NCBI GenBank assembly: GCA_963719085.1
Contig: CAVRAL010000004.1
Location: 256,001 to 320,000, forward strand
Reading direction: 5' to 3'
Origin: a candidate division FCPU426 bacterium
Lineage (GTDB): Bacteria; Oederibacteriota; Muellerivitia; Muellerivitales; Muellerivitaceae
Length of the DNA stretch: 64,000 bases
Positions 7,380 to 17,689 of the stretch are shown here, piece by piece (position 1 is the stretch's first letter; each line of letters begins with the position of its first letter). Both the position numbers and the translations under genes were made by a program. Below the pieces are notes generated by a model, which did no database searches, was not told where the DNA came from, and saw nothing but the letters and a program-made list of their open reading frames with translations.

Positions 7380-10300
7380 TTATCTTTTATTCTCATTTAA
7401 TGGTGGCAAGCCATTAACAATCTTCATGGTTTCGAGACTAACCGTCACAATGCGCTTTACCAAGTTAAGAATATATTGGGGATCATCGGACCAGTCGTTA
7501 GGATCATTGGTTATCTGGCTGTCTGATTCTATTGAGACTTGATATCGTTCCATAATCCATTCCAGTGCCGGACGACCATTAACTACATAATCATAAGCCC
7601 TCAGCGGAATGTCTTTTAGCGTAATGTGACTGTTATACACAATTGTTGTTTTATCCACTTGTCCATCGAGCTTGCCAAATATCATCTTACGAACCTTATA
7701 AAATTCTTTTGAATTAAGGTCAAACTGATCTTTGCTTACTTCTAGGGGATAGGGGTCAATATCTTCATAGTGGAGATGCCATTTTGCTAAATCTCTGCCA
7801 GCTTTACTGAAAATCCAAAAATCCTGAGCAAAAGGAATTCTAGGAATCATCTTACCGAGATCTGAAGAGAACCGAGTTTTGTATTCAAAAGAATGAAGAA
7901 TGCCATAAACATAATAAAAAATATCTTCTTCCCCAATCTTTTTGTCCGAATATTTCTCCCTAAATAACTTTACCGAAATGTCAGAAATCGCTTTCGATAT
8001 TCCATTCTCTTCATGAAATTGAAACCCCAAATTTTCGGAATTTTCCAGTGATTCAGATTTTTTATTGTATCTCAGCGGAAAACATTGTCCTTTCGAGATC
8101 ATTTCAAGATCAGGCAAAGCGTTAGAAATTAAAGCTGAAAACTCTTTAGTCGCACCTCGCCCCGTTACACAGATCACAAGGTTTTCAGTATTTATATCAG
8201 GAAAATATTTCGGCATTTGATAAACAGTGTTATTAAAACTTCTATTGAAATAAATCCATTGTTTGCAAAATGGTCTATAAAGACTTTTTACGATCGATTC
8301 TTTTTGAAATTTATGTACAATTCCTTTTTCAACGTCCCACTTGAGTTCTCTTGTCCAACTAATTTTTTTCGGATCATTTTCCACAAATCCTTCAATAGAA
8401 ATGTTTTTGCTTTTTGTGGCCGTTTTATAGTCTTCTGTTTGTTCGTTGTAAAATCGAATCATTCGCTTAACGTTAGCGATCAATTCATTTTTATTAAAAT
8501 TATAAACCCACGCATCTCGATTAGTTTTCACTCCCATGGAGTAACTATTAAAAATCGAAATGTTTTTCTCGTCGTCTTTATCACCTAAAGGAATAAATTT
8601 TTCAAAAGTTGGGTCGCGGTGATTTATCCAATCATGACTCGAATTTGGGACAATCTTAGTCCAAGGAATTGCTTTCGAGCTTTCAAACTCGTTAATGATT
8701 TTCAGTTTTTGTTCGCGAGTTAAGTAATCACCAATATCGTGATAAAAAAGTTGGCAAGTTCCCTTTTTTTCAGGATTCTTTATAAGCAAAGTAATTGCTA
8801 TCGAAGTTCGCGTCCCTTCACCAAAGACACTTCCCTTTTCTTTACGTCTCTGCTCACCAGAAGTACGAGCATTCCCTCGAAGGTTAAAACAATAAATAGA
8901 TGTAAAATCGTCCGTTAGACACTTACGGAATCCATCCATAGCATTCCCATCAATAAAAGAACCATTACTGACATAACAGATAACACCCTTTTCACCAATA
9001 CGGTCACCAGCCCAACGAAAAGCTCGAATGTAGGAATCGTAAAGACTATTTTTGAGAGTGGCCGTAGAAAAAGCAGCGTAAGTTTGTCGAATTTTTTCAT
9101 CTAAGCTTGGATATTTTAAATTTTTGTTCCCATCATTTTCGCTCGCTTGTAAAGCTGAGTAAGGTGGATTTCCAACAATAACTCGAATATCTTTTTTCTT
9201 TTGACGCGTAACACGTTCGTTATTTTCAGGAAAATACTTTTCATCCCAAGGACTCTTCGGTTCCGACATTTGAAATGTATCAGTCAGAACAATCCCATCA
9301 AAAGGTTCATACTTTCCACCAGCAAGCCCGTGATAAGCCTCTTCAACATTGATCGCCGCAATGTAATAGGCCAAAAGGACAATTTCATTAGCATGTAGTT
9401 CTTCTTTAAATTTGCGTTTAAGGTCTTCGGGTTTAATCAAACCATTTTGAAGAAGACGAACTATGAAAGTTCCGGTGCCAGTAAACGGATCAAGAATGTT
9501 TACCCCTTTATCAGTGAGCCCAACACCAAATTCTTGCTTTAAAGCCTCGTCCGCGCTTTTGACAATAAAATCAACTACTTCAACTGGTGTATAGACAATT
9601 CCCAAGCGTTCAGCCATCCGAGGGAAAGCAGACCTAAAAAACTTGTCGTATAGCTCCACAATAATCCGCTGTCTACCTTTTGCGTTATCAACACCACTCG
9701 CTCTCTCTTTGACACTTTCATAAAACTTTTCCAATTTTGCAGTTTCCTTCTCTAAACTTGCACCTTCCAAAAGATCAAGCATCTTCTGCATAGCTATAGA
9801 AACGGGGTTTTGTTGGGTAAATTTATAGTTTTCAAAAAGAGCGTCAAAGACTGGTTTAGTAATTAGATGTTGAGAAAGCATTTCAACAGCTTCCTCTTTA
9901 TCAATACTTGGATTGAGATTGTCTTGAAGGCCTTTTAAGAATTCATCAAAAGCGGCTTTATGCTTAGGTTTCGCACCCTTTAACAAACCCTCAATGCGAG
10001 TTTTGTGTCTTTCGGCTATTTCAGCCACATCTTTAGCCCAGCTCTCCCAATAGCGACGGTCACCGCATTTAAGAACAATTTTGGCATAGATGGCATTTCG
10101 CCATTCTTCTATATCTGGAAACTTGAATGCGCTTTGCCCGTATGGGGCCTGCGTTTCATGCGCGCCTGAAGTTTGACCCTCCTCTGCCTTATCACTACCG
10201 CCTACCCCTATTACTTGAATCTGGTCAGGACGGGATTTGTTTAATTCGATTTGATTAACTGTGGCGTTAAAACGGTCGTCATGAGCGCGAAGGGCCTGCA

Positions 10301-12164
10301 AAACCTGCCAAACAACTTTATATTTTTTATTATCTTTTAACGCTTCTTCTGGCGGTGTGTTGGCAGGAACACCTATCGGAAGAATGATGTAACCATACTT
10401 TTTACCTTCGGCTTTTCTCATAACCCGTCCGACAGATTGGACTACGTCCACAACCGAATTACGGGGATTGAGAAACATAACTGCATCAAGAGCTGGAACA
10501 TCTACCCCTTCGGCCAGACAACGAGCATTACTAAGAATACGACAAACATCACCTTCCGAAGCTGTATCAGCTTTAAGCCAATCGAGTCTTTCATTGCGTT
10601 TCAGAGCATTAAAAGTGCCGTCAACGTGCTCAACCTGACAGGCTAGGAAATTGTCATCGTCTTCATGCTGTTTACGATATTGGTCAACAATATCGCCAAA
10701 GAGATTTGTAATTCTTTGAGAATCTTTAATTGATCGACAAAAAGCAACTGCCCGATGCATGTGACCAAGGTCATTGGCGATACCATCTATTTCAGAACCT
10801 TTAACAAAACGCTTACTCAAACCATTCCAGCAACCGGTTATCTTTACGGCATCTTCAAGATTAAGTTCGCTATTACTATCAGCCAACATTTTTTGCAAAG
10901 AATTATTAACGTAACTCTCATCAACAGCCAGAACCATGACTTTGTAATCCGAAAGCAAGTCTTTACGAACAGCTTCAGAAAAATCCAAACGATAAAACTC
11001 TTTCCCATAAAGCGATTCGTCATCCATTGAACAGATTTCCGCATTTGCCTCTTCGGCCTTGGTTCTTGATTCATCACTGTAAATACGCGGAGTGGCCGTC
11101 ATATAAAGGCGTTTACCGCCTTTTATGAATTTCGGATCGTGAACTTTAACGAAATGGGATTCATCATCCCCTTCCAAAGTTACGCCTGTCGTTCTATGCG
11201 CTTCGTCGCAAATAATTAGATCAAAATCAGGCGCGCCTAACTTTTGGGCCTCTGAAATAACTTTAATAGATTGGTAGGTACTGAAAATAACCGTTAATTG
11301 CTTTTTACCGCCAAAAGCTTTTAATTGTGCCGCAAGTTTCTTTGCGTTAGTTGTTGCTGGTAATGGAAGATCGTGAGCTTGTATATCTTCACTCTCATTT
11401 TTCCTACCCACCTTAACATCTGAGCAAACCGCAAAATTATGAAGGGAAGCTTCTGCTTCCGCAGTCCACTCTCTTAGCGTTTGAGAAACAAGTGAGATTG
11501 AAGGCGCCAAAAAAAGAATAAATCCTTTCTCTCCCGCCATCTTTTCAGCGATTTTAAGAGAAGTGAAAGTTTTGCCCGTTCCACAAGCCATGATTAGTTT
11601 GCCGCGATCAGCTTTTTTAAATCCTTCAAGTGCATTGGAAAGAGCTTCTTTTTGATGATCTCTAAGTCTCTTTTTCTCTTTTAGTTTTATATTTTGAGGG
11701 CGGCTAAGGCTGAATTGGTTCCAATCAATCGGACTGTTAGCGAGGTCTTGAACCCTTAAGCGGGTAACCGGTGTCCGTTGGTTTTCCAAAGCTTCTTCAG
11801 CATGATTACTCCACTTGTCAGTAGTGGAAACGATCATTCGAGTGGTAAACGGCTCTTTACCTGAAGTAGTAAAAAATGAATCTATATCAGCTTTTTGGAG
11901 ATTGTAGTTAGGGTCATAAAATTTGCACTGAATGGCGCAAAATTCACCCGTATAGCGATCTTTAGCTACAAGGTCGATGCCAGTATCAGGCTTCTTTCCA
12001 CGGCCAGGCCATTCCGACCAAAGCCAAACGTCACTAAATTGATCTTTGTATATTGGGTCAGTGACAAGATAGTTGGCAATTAAACGTTCAAACTTATCAC
12101 CCAAGTCACGATTAGAGGTTGCCGCTTGTCTGAATTCTTCCAGCAACGTATGTATTGTTGTCAT
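7380..12164 (-). CDS. Type ISP restriction-modification enzyme (Mrr-like nuclease, SF2 helicase, N6-adenine MTase, TRD)
   Basis: DTGIDLVA..AIQCK nuclease; MACGTGKT and DEAH helicase; DPFTGTG and GNPPY MTase; 1594 aa, LlaGI/LlaBIII-like architecture. Confidence 0.93.
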   Translation of the reverse strand: MTTIHTLLEEFRQAATSNRDLGDKFERLIANYLVTDPIYKDQFSDVWLWSEWPGRGKKPDTGIDLVAKDRYTGEFCAIQCKFYDPNYNLQKADIDSFFTTSGKEPFTTRMIVSTTDKWSNHAEEALENQRTPVTRLRVQDLANSPIDWNQFSLSRPQNIKLKEKKRLRDHQKEALSNALEGFKKADRGKLIMACGTGKTFTSLKIAEKMAGEKGFILFLAPSISLVSQTLREWTAEAEASLHNFAVCSDVKVGRKNESEDIQAHDLPLPATTNAKKLAAQLKAFGGKKQLTVIFSTYQSIKVISEAQKLGAPDFDLIICDEAHRTTGVTLEGDDESHFVKVHDPKFIKGGKRLYMTATPRIYSDESRTKAEEANAEICSMDDESLYGKEFYRLDFSEAVRKDLLSDYKVMVLAVDESYVNNSLQKMLADSNSELNLEDAVKITGCWNGLSKRFVKGSEIDGIANDLGHMHRAVAFCRSIKDSQRITNLFGDIVDQYRKQHEDDDNFLACQVEHVDGTFNALKRNERLDWLKADTASEGDVCRILSNARCLAEGVDVPALDAVMFLNPRNSVVDVVQSVGRVMRKAEGKKYGYIILPIGVPANTPPEEALKDNKKYKVVWQVLQALRAHDDRFNATVNQIELNKSRPDQIQVIGVGGSDKAEEGQTSGAHETQAPYGQSAFKFPDIEEWRNAIYAKIVLKCGDRRYWESWAKDVAEIAERHKTRIEGLLKGAKPKHKAAFDEFLKGLQDNLNPSIDKEEAVEMLSQHLITKPVFDALFENYKFTQQNPVSIAMQKMLDLLEGASLEKETAKLEKFYESVKERASGVDNAKGRQRIIVELYDKFFRSAFPRMAERLGIVYTPVEVVDFIVKSADEALKQEFGVGLTDKGVNILDPFTGTGTFIVRLLQNGLIKPEDLKRKFKEELHANEIVLLAYYIAAINVEEAYHGLAGGKYEPFDGIVLTDTFQMSEPKSPWDEKYFPENNERVTRQKKKDIRVIVGNPPYSALQASENDGNKNLKYPSLDEKIRQTYAAFSTATLKNSLYDSYIRAFRWAGDRIGEKGVICYVSNGSFIDGNAMDGFRKCLTDDFTSIYCFNLRGNARTSGEQRRKEKGSVFGEGTRTSIAITLLIKNPEKKGTCQLFYHDIGDYLTREQKLKIINEFESSKAIPWTKIVPNSSHDWINHRDPTFEKFIPLGDKDDEKNISIFNSYSMGVKTNRDAWVYNFNKNELIANVKRMIRFYNEQTEDYKTATKSKNISIEGFVENDPKKISWTRELKWDVEKGIVHKFQKESIVKSLYRPFCKQWIYFNRSFNNTVYQMPKYFPDINTENLVICVTGRGATKEFSALISNALPDLEMISKGQCFPLRYNKKSESLENSENLGFQFHEENGISKAISDISVKLFREKYSDKKIGEEDIFYYVYGILHSFEYKTRFSSDLGKMIPRIPFAQDFWIFSKAGRDLAKWHLHYEDIDPYPLEVSKDQFDLNSKEFYKVRKMIFGKLDGQVDKTTIVYNSHITLKDIPLRAYDYVVNGRPALEWIMERYQVSIESDSQITNDPNDWSDDPQYILNLVKRIVTVSLETMKIVNGLPPLNENKR

Positions 12165-12290
12165 AGCCCCAACTTATTCAAAATTAATACAAATGATCTT
12201 GTTTAATATGGTCTCTCTCGAAAAACCCGTCTGATTCTACGCTTCCACGCCAAAGTTTTCTCAACTTTATTTGGATGGCTCAAACAGCTG

Positions 12291-14003
12291 TTATTTTTCG
12301 TTCCCCTTCAAAAACTCCCCATCCCATAACCTGTTTTGATCTATTTCCTTCTGATCCGCGAGATGTTCTTTTATGAAATTTTGAACCCGAGGAATACCTG
12401 CCGAATCGAGCAACGCCCGTTTAAGCCATTCAGTAAATGCTTCTTTTGAGCCTTCTCGTAAATAAACATTTCCAATTTCAAGGAAAATTCGAATTTCAAG
12501 AATCTGCGGCAAATTGACACTTGATACTCGATATCTACTCTTCAAATAACTTTCAAAAACAGAAACTATGTCCGCAATATTCCACGGGAATTTTTGTTTG
12601 GTAATAACATAATATGCAATAGTTTCAATTGAACATTTATCAAATAACGCCACATGCTTTTCAGCAACTTTTTCCCATTCGGGACGTTTTAATTCCGTTT
12701 TGATAACTCGATTATATAAGACATATTCCACAAGCATTCTTCGCCGATTATCTTCGTCCACCTGGCCGAATTGTTGTTCAAAGACTTTAAATAATTCATC
12801 CAGAGAAGTCAGGCCGTTTTTATCACCTATCAAAGCACTTTGAAATTCTTGAAAAAATCCGGTTAAATATTCACCGCATCTTTGAGATGTAAACCCCGCA
12901 TGATTTCCAATCCAATACTCAGGAGCCAATCTCATTTTGAACATTCCCGGTAAATCGGAATACCAGTCATACTGTTCTTTTTCAAGATGTTCCCCACGGG
13001 CAATAAATTGTTCAATAACATGGTTCGCCAATCGAAACATGCCCCTATACGATAAATAAGGTGAGTTCTCCCAAACAAACGCATCGGCACGGGCAATCAC
13101 AGGTACTTTCAATTGATCGAGAATCGGTTTGAGAACATGAGCAAATTCTGAGCGGAATTTATAAGCTTCTGAAAGCGCCTTACGAAGTTCGCTTTTTCGA
13201 ATAGGTCTTTGAATGTCGGTTATTTCTTGAATAAAGTAATCATCCGTAACATGAGAAAGAATAAATTCGACAAATTGAAATTGCGATTTAACGTGTGCTG
13301 ATTCCAATAAAACTTTTCTAATTTCCTGTATCTTTTCAATGCTTAATTCAACTTCTACAGTTTCAAGTTTTCTTTTTACATCTTCGTGGTAATCATCCCA
13401 AGTTGCAGTAAAACCGCTATGTCCTATGGACAGGGATTCCAATGCAAAAACAAGAAGTGTGTAAGCCAGATCAATGTTGTAGTTCAGAACAACCAAAGAA
13501 TTTTCAATTGTCTCAAGACATCGAATAACAGCTTTATACTTCGCGCGCGGCAAACCTATTACCTTTTTAACGAACTTCTCAAAATCATCTACAGTTTTAG
13601 GACTACCAAGTACTTGTTTACTACAATAACCAGACACAAAAGCCGCAGGAACGTAAACATCTCCTTTAGTTATCTGCTCTCTTCGGCACTGGTAAATAAT
13701 GTCTTGTTCGTTTTTGGCAAAAAAAGATTTAAAACCAAACATAGCCAAAAGCCTAAACTGGACCCTTATTTCTTCATCATCGGCTAAAACCACCACACCA
13801 GCTTTCTGCGGCGCTTTCTCCAGTTGATTAACAAAATTAAAAACATAAGAATTAACTAACGAATATCGATCAACCCCATCAAGGTCACCGACACATGTCT
13901 TTATTGCACCTATCCAAGCAAAGTTTGAGTAATAGATGGCTTTTTCATTACTTGTATTTCGTTCTTCGGAATTAAAAAACTTCCCAGAAATTATCTGTAA
14001 CAA
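12291..14003 (-). CDS. HEPN-motif protein (ApeA-like), putative defence RNase
   Basis: 570 aa. LVFALESL followed later by AYKFRSEFAH (Rx4H) at 13137-13154. TTG start with GAGG RBS. Confidence 0.6.
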   Translation of the reverse strand: MLQIISGKFFNSEERNTSNEKAIYYSNFAWIGAIKTCVGDLDGVDRYSLVNSYVFNFVNQLEKAPQKAGVVVLADDEEIRVQFRLLAMFGFKSFFAKNEQDIIYQCRREQITKGDVYVPAAFVSGYCSKQVLGSPKTVDDFEKFVKKVIGLPRAKYKAVIRCLETIENSLVVLNYNIDLAYTLLVFALESLSIGHSGFTATWDDYHEDVKRKLETVEVELSIEKIQEIRKVLLESAHVKSQFQFVEFILSHVTDDYFIQEITDIQRPIRKSELRKALSEAYKFRSEFAHVLKPILDQLKVPVIARADAFVWENSPYLSYRGMFRLANHVIEQFIARGEHLEKEQYDWYSDLPGMFKMRLAPEYWIGNHAGFTSQRCGEYLTGFFQEFQSALIGDKNGLTSLDELFKVFEQQFGQVDEDNRRRMLVEYVLYNRVIKTELKRPEWEKVAEKHVALFDKCSIETIAYYVITKQKFPWNIADIVSVFESYLKSRYRVSSVNLPQILEIRIFLEIGNVYLREGSKEAFTEWLKRALLDSAGIPRVQNFIKEHLADQKEIDQNRLWDGEFLKGNEK

Positions 14004-14097
14004 AATTACGCCTCTTTATCCGCTGTTCTTCCATAACACATCGCTTTAATCATATCTCTGAATAACGATCTGTATCACCACAAACCGCTTTTCAGAT

Positions 14098-14568
14098 TCA
14101 ATTGTCTAAAGACCCTTCGTGTTCGGTGTATTCCTCCGTCGTCCATTTATGCCCGCAAAGCGGGTCTTTACATTCCCAAAAGTGGCAGATCGTTTCATTA
14201 ACCATTTTGACCTGCTCCAATCGACTGACTTCATACCCCTGATTTGGGGTAAAAATTTCATTGGAATAGAGAACCCCATGGTCAATCCGCTCCACCGTTT
14301 CGAGATTTTCCCATTGTTCGATAACCTCGCCTTTAACGAATTGCCTTTTCCAGAACCGCTTGCACTGAGGACATCGGCTTTGGAATGCTTTCACCAAGCA
14401 CCAAACCGCCGGCTTTAAGGTGATGCAGTACAGCGGATAAAAAACAAACCAGAAGGCCTTTAGGACAAAACAGACCGCGCCTAAAGCCATCATCAGAAGA
14501 AACACGGCCAATACCACGGCGAGCCCAAATAAAAACAGATAAGCCAAAAAGCTAAATAAGGTATGCAT
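14098..14568 (-). CDS. Membrane-anchored Zn-ribbon hypothetical protein
   Basis: Hydrophobic N-terminus; CPQC and CKDPLC cysteine pairs; AAAGGGGG RBS. Confidence 0.6.
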   Translation of the reverse strand: MHTLFSFLAYLFLFGLAVVLAVFLLMMALGAVCFVLKAFWFVFYPLYCITLKPAVWCLVKAFQSRCPQCKRFWKRQFVKGEVIEQWENLETVERIDHGVLYSNEIFTPNQGYEVSRLEQVKMVNETICHFWECKDPLCGHKWTTEEYTEHEGSLDN

Positions 14569-14590
14569 AGTTCCCCCTTTGCCGGGCTAA

Positions 14591-14717
14591 TAACATGCTG
14601 AAAAAATCCCCCGAACGGATTTTTTCAGCCGACAACATCTACGGTAACCCCACGATTCCTGCTGAATCTTTGGGGTGACAGGCTGCTTTGTAGCTCTATT
14701 ACTTTTTTAGCAACCTG
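14591..14717. mobile_element. MITE-like IS remnant
   Basis: Imperfect terminal repeats TAACATGCTGAAAAAAT / CAGGTTGCTAAAAAAGT. CTAA on both flanks (14587-90, 14718-21). Internal perfect 13-bp palindrome at 14597-14629. Confidence 0.4.
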
Positions 14718-15194
14718 CTAAAGCAGCCCGGCTTGTCTAAAAGAAAAGTGACCTTCATGAGTAACGATTAAATGGTCATGAACCGCTATGCCCAAAGCCC
14801 TTGAGGCGGTCACGATCTGACGGGTTAACTGCTTATCGCCTTCACTGGGTTCCAAGCTTCCGGCGGGGTGGTTGTGGGAAAATATCAGCCCCGTGGCGTT
14901 TAATTCCAAAGCCAATTTCAAAATCTCTCTGGGATAAACCGCCGTATGGTCTACCGTGCCTTCGGTATTCAAAACCACATCCAAAACATGATTACGATGG
15001 TCTAGGTACATGGTCAAAAAAGCTTCCTTGGCCCTGCCGCCAATGTACTTACGGAAATATTCGGCGGCGTTTTGGGGCTCGCTAACGACGGGGCCTCTTT
15101 TGTAATCCATTCGTGCTTCGGCCCATGAGGTAACGGGAATGGTCGGCGGGGGAAGGGCATCCACACTCAATTTCAGTTCAAGTTGCTTTTTCAT
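14718..15194 (-). CDS. radC: RadC-family JAB domain protein (mobile-element type)
   Basis: EAFLTMYLD...GTVDHTAVYPREI...HNHPAGSLEPSEGD...DHLIV. GGAGG RBS at 15202-15206 supports ATG 15194. Confidence 0.9.
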   Translation of the reverse strand: MKKQLELKLSVDALPPPTIPVTSWAEARMDYKRGPVVSEPQNAAEYFRKYIGGRAKEAFLTMYLDHRNHVLDVVLNTEGTVDHTAVYPREILKLALELNATGLIFSHNHPAGSLEPSEGDKQLTRQIVTASRALGIAVHDHLIVTHEGHFSFRQAGLL

Positions 15195-15881
15195 ATAACG
15201 GCCTCCTTTTTTCATCTGGTTTTTCTGAAGGTTTTTTGCCTTTGAAAAACCGCCTTCCGCCTCCCCCCTTGCCCAAAAGAGGGGGGAGGAAGAAGGCCAT
15301 AGAGGAGGTTTGAGCGTTCGCGCTGACAGGACCAAAAACGAATGGGATACCAAACGAAGGGAGGCCATCCCTTAACTTTTGTGACAGCCGCCCTTTGGCT
15401 GGCGCAAAAGTTGCCTTGCAAGGGTGGCCGTGAAGGGATAAACAGGGTCTAGGGGCAGGGCGAACGATCAAAACTTTCCATCGTTCTAAGCCCTAAAACG
15501 GATGACCATCTACGGGGTTTGACTTGAGTTGGGCTTAATACAGCTGTGGGGACATCTACTTGGTGGTTAATGACTGATCACCTTAACCACTGATACTTTG
15601 AACTTCTCTTGAACCGACTTAAAACGACTGACTATTCACAAGCTTCACAATCTAAGATTCCTTCATCTTTAACTTCTCTTATACCTAATCACCTTCTTTC
15701 CTCAGGCTTATCAATTCGGCTTTCTTCACCTCCCAGTTCTTTTTCTTCTCTTCTTCATCCTTCCACTTCCCCGCTAATTGCCCAGCCTACCTCTTACCTC
15801 ACCACCCACTACTTCTTTACCCATCCCCCATATCCTTCTCTATGCCTTTGTGTTCCATGATTCTTCTCATCTCGTCTTTGA

Positions 15882-15970
15882 GGGTTTTTCCATGCGGAGA
15901 GGGCGACCCCCCCTATCGACTTTCTTGATGCATAGATAGGGGGGGTCGCCATCGGAGTGTGGAAAAACCC
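15882..15970. repeat. Nested palindrome (16-bp perfect inner IR, 11-bp outer IR)
   Basis: GGCGACCCCCCCTATC 15902-17 pairs with GATAGGGGGGGTCGCC 15935-50; GGGTTTTTCCA 15882-92 pairs with TGGAAAAACCC 15960-70. Confidence 0.8.
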
Positions 15971-16162
15971 GCCTTAAAAAGCCAAAAACGCCAAAATCAT
16001 AGTTCCATGGCACGGAACTACTTGTGGCACAACTTGGTTCGGTATGAGGGGGATGGGAAACATGGTTTGAGGTGTTTTGCGAAGGCGCTTCGATGCTATT
16101 TTCGACATTGCTTCCCCGGACTTATCGGGTTCTGGGTATCAACATCTTCGGAGGACAAACAA

Positions 16163-16450
16163 ATGGACGACAAGCTCTTTAAGCTTCCCTATCACGGCAA
16201 TAAGGTATTCAAACGGTCTGATCTATTCCCGGATAACCTGCCGGAATTCATGACCCTGAAAGCCATCGAAAAGGTCTATTCCATCAAACCCCAAACCATG
16301 CGCGATCTCTTAAGCCGACACCGGACAACCGGCATCCCCGCCCCGTTCATTTACCTACCCGGCTGTAAGCCCCTGCTGATTAAGCGGACTTCCTTTGAGG
16401 ACTGGCTATTGGCCCAAAGCAATGTGATTAAGGTTAAAAAGGAGGGCTGA
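16163..16450 (+). CDS. Excisionase/AlpA-like DNA-binding protein
   Basis: GGAGG RBS at 16150-54; FMTLKAIEKVYSIKPQTMRDL...LLIKRTSFEDWL pattern; directly upstream of the integrase. Confidence 0.65.
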   Translation: MDDKLFKLPYHGNKVFKRSDLFPDNLPEFMTLKAIEKVYSIKPQTMRDLLSRHRTTGIPAPFIYLPGCKPLLIKRTSFEDWLLAQSNVIKVKKEG

Positions 16451-16484
16451 CCTGGGATATTCAAAAATAAGGAGTGTTTAACTA

Positions 16485-17663
16485 ATGGCTTTTTTAAAGA
16501 TGAAGGTCAAACAATGCGAGGATAACCGTGAAGAGCTGAGAGCCTATGCCTACGATTCTTACGTGCTGAATGGGCAACAAAAGCAATTTTCTGTCCATAG
16601 ATTCGGCTTATGTCGCGATAAAGCCGATGCGAATGAACGTTTCAAAAAATGGCTAAAAACTTACAAAGAAGCCAAAGCCCAAAAGCGGCTATTACCTAAG
16701 ACCCCAACTTTGCAGGAATTCGCACCTTTATACCTTGAACGAAATGAACAGTTAACCGGCAACAAACACCAAAGCAAAGCCTCGTTGAAACACCTCATTA
16801 GACACCTTGGGAAACGCCCTTTAGATCAAATCACAAGGCTGGTCGTTTTGAACTATCGGGATTCCAGGACAAGTGAACCCATTAAAACAAAAGGCAAAAA
16901 TAAGGGAAAATTTCCGAGCCCCAAAACCATTAACCACGAACTTTCAACCCTATCCAGCTTGGTACGAAAAGCTCTCGAACTTGAACAGATCAAAGAACAT
17001 CCCTTTTTAAAATACGGCATCAGCCTTAAACGAAACTTCTTCTTAAAAGTAGTTCAAACCCCAAAACCCGCCCTAACCCGCCAAGAGTTTATGTCCCTCA
17101 TGGAAAGCACTACTGAAGAACGTTCGAAGGTAATTACCTTGCTCTATGCCGTAACGGGAATGCGCCAAGGCGAACTGATAAACTTACGGTTGACCGACAT
17201 TGATTTAGACCAAAACCGAATTACCTTTAGAGCACCGAAGACAGGTGACTTTAGGACGTTGGCAATCCCTAGCGTCTTAAAACCCCTCTTTGAAAAGCTT
17301 CTCACTCACCTGCCCTTAAGAACAGGCTGGCAGAAACGGAAACCCTATCAACGAGAACATATCCTTTGTAACCAAAAGGGTGAACAACAGAAGACGCCGG
17401 GGAAGGATTTTATGACTCAAGCCGCTCAAAGGGCCGGTATTAAAAAGCACGTCACGCCCCACATTTTAAGACATTCGTTTTGCTCCCATGCGGCCAACCA
17501 TGTCAATATTTGGGAGCTTAAAGAACTAATGGGACATAAAAACATCACCACCACGGAGATTTACGTTAAAACCTTCAAAACGCCTGATGTAGAGACAGCC
17601 AACAAAATTACAGGAAGTTTGGGGATTGATGCCAACTTTTTAAACTCGGTCTTATCGAATTAG
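16485..17663 (+). CDS. Tyrosine recombinase / phage-type integrase
   Basis: TGMRQGEL, PKT, HILRHSF and MGHKNITTTEIY catalytic motifs. Confidence 0.93.
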   Translation: MAFLKMKVKQCEDNREELRAYAYDSYVLNGQQKQFSVHRFGLCRDKADANERFKKWLKTYKEAKAQKRLLPKTPTLQEFAPLYLERNEQLTGNKHQSKASLKHLIRHLGKRPLDQITRLVVLNYRDSRTSEPIKTKGKNKGKFPSPKTINHELSTLSSLVRKALELEQIKEHPFLKYGISLKRNFFLKVVQTPKPALTRQEFMSLMESTTEERSKVITLLYAVTGMRQGELINLRLTDIDLDQNRITFRAPKTGDFRTLAIPSVLKPLFEKLLTHLPLRTGWQKRKPYQREHILCNQKGEQQKTPGKDFMTQAAQRAGIKKHVTPHILRHSFCSHAANHVNIWELKELMGHKNITTTEIYVKTFKTPDVETANKITGSLGIDANFLNSVLSN

Positions 17664-17689
17664 GGAAACCCGATAAAGAGACAAGCCTT

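Noticed and set aside
15195..15368. N-terminal extension of RadC in the ORF track
   Set aside because: A GGAGG RBS supports ATG 15194; the upstream sequence looks like structured non-coding DNA.
15609..15860. 83-aa Ser/Pro-rich ORF
   Set aside because: By-product of the pyrimidine-rich tract; no RBS or recognisable domain.
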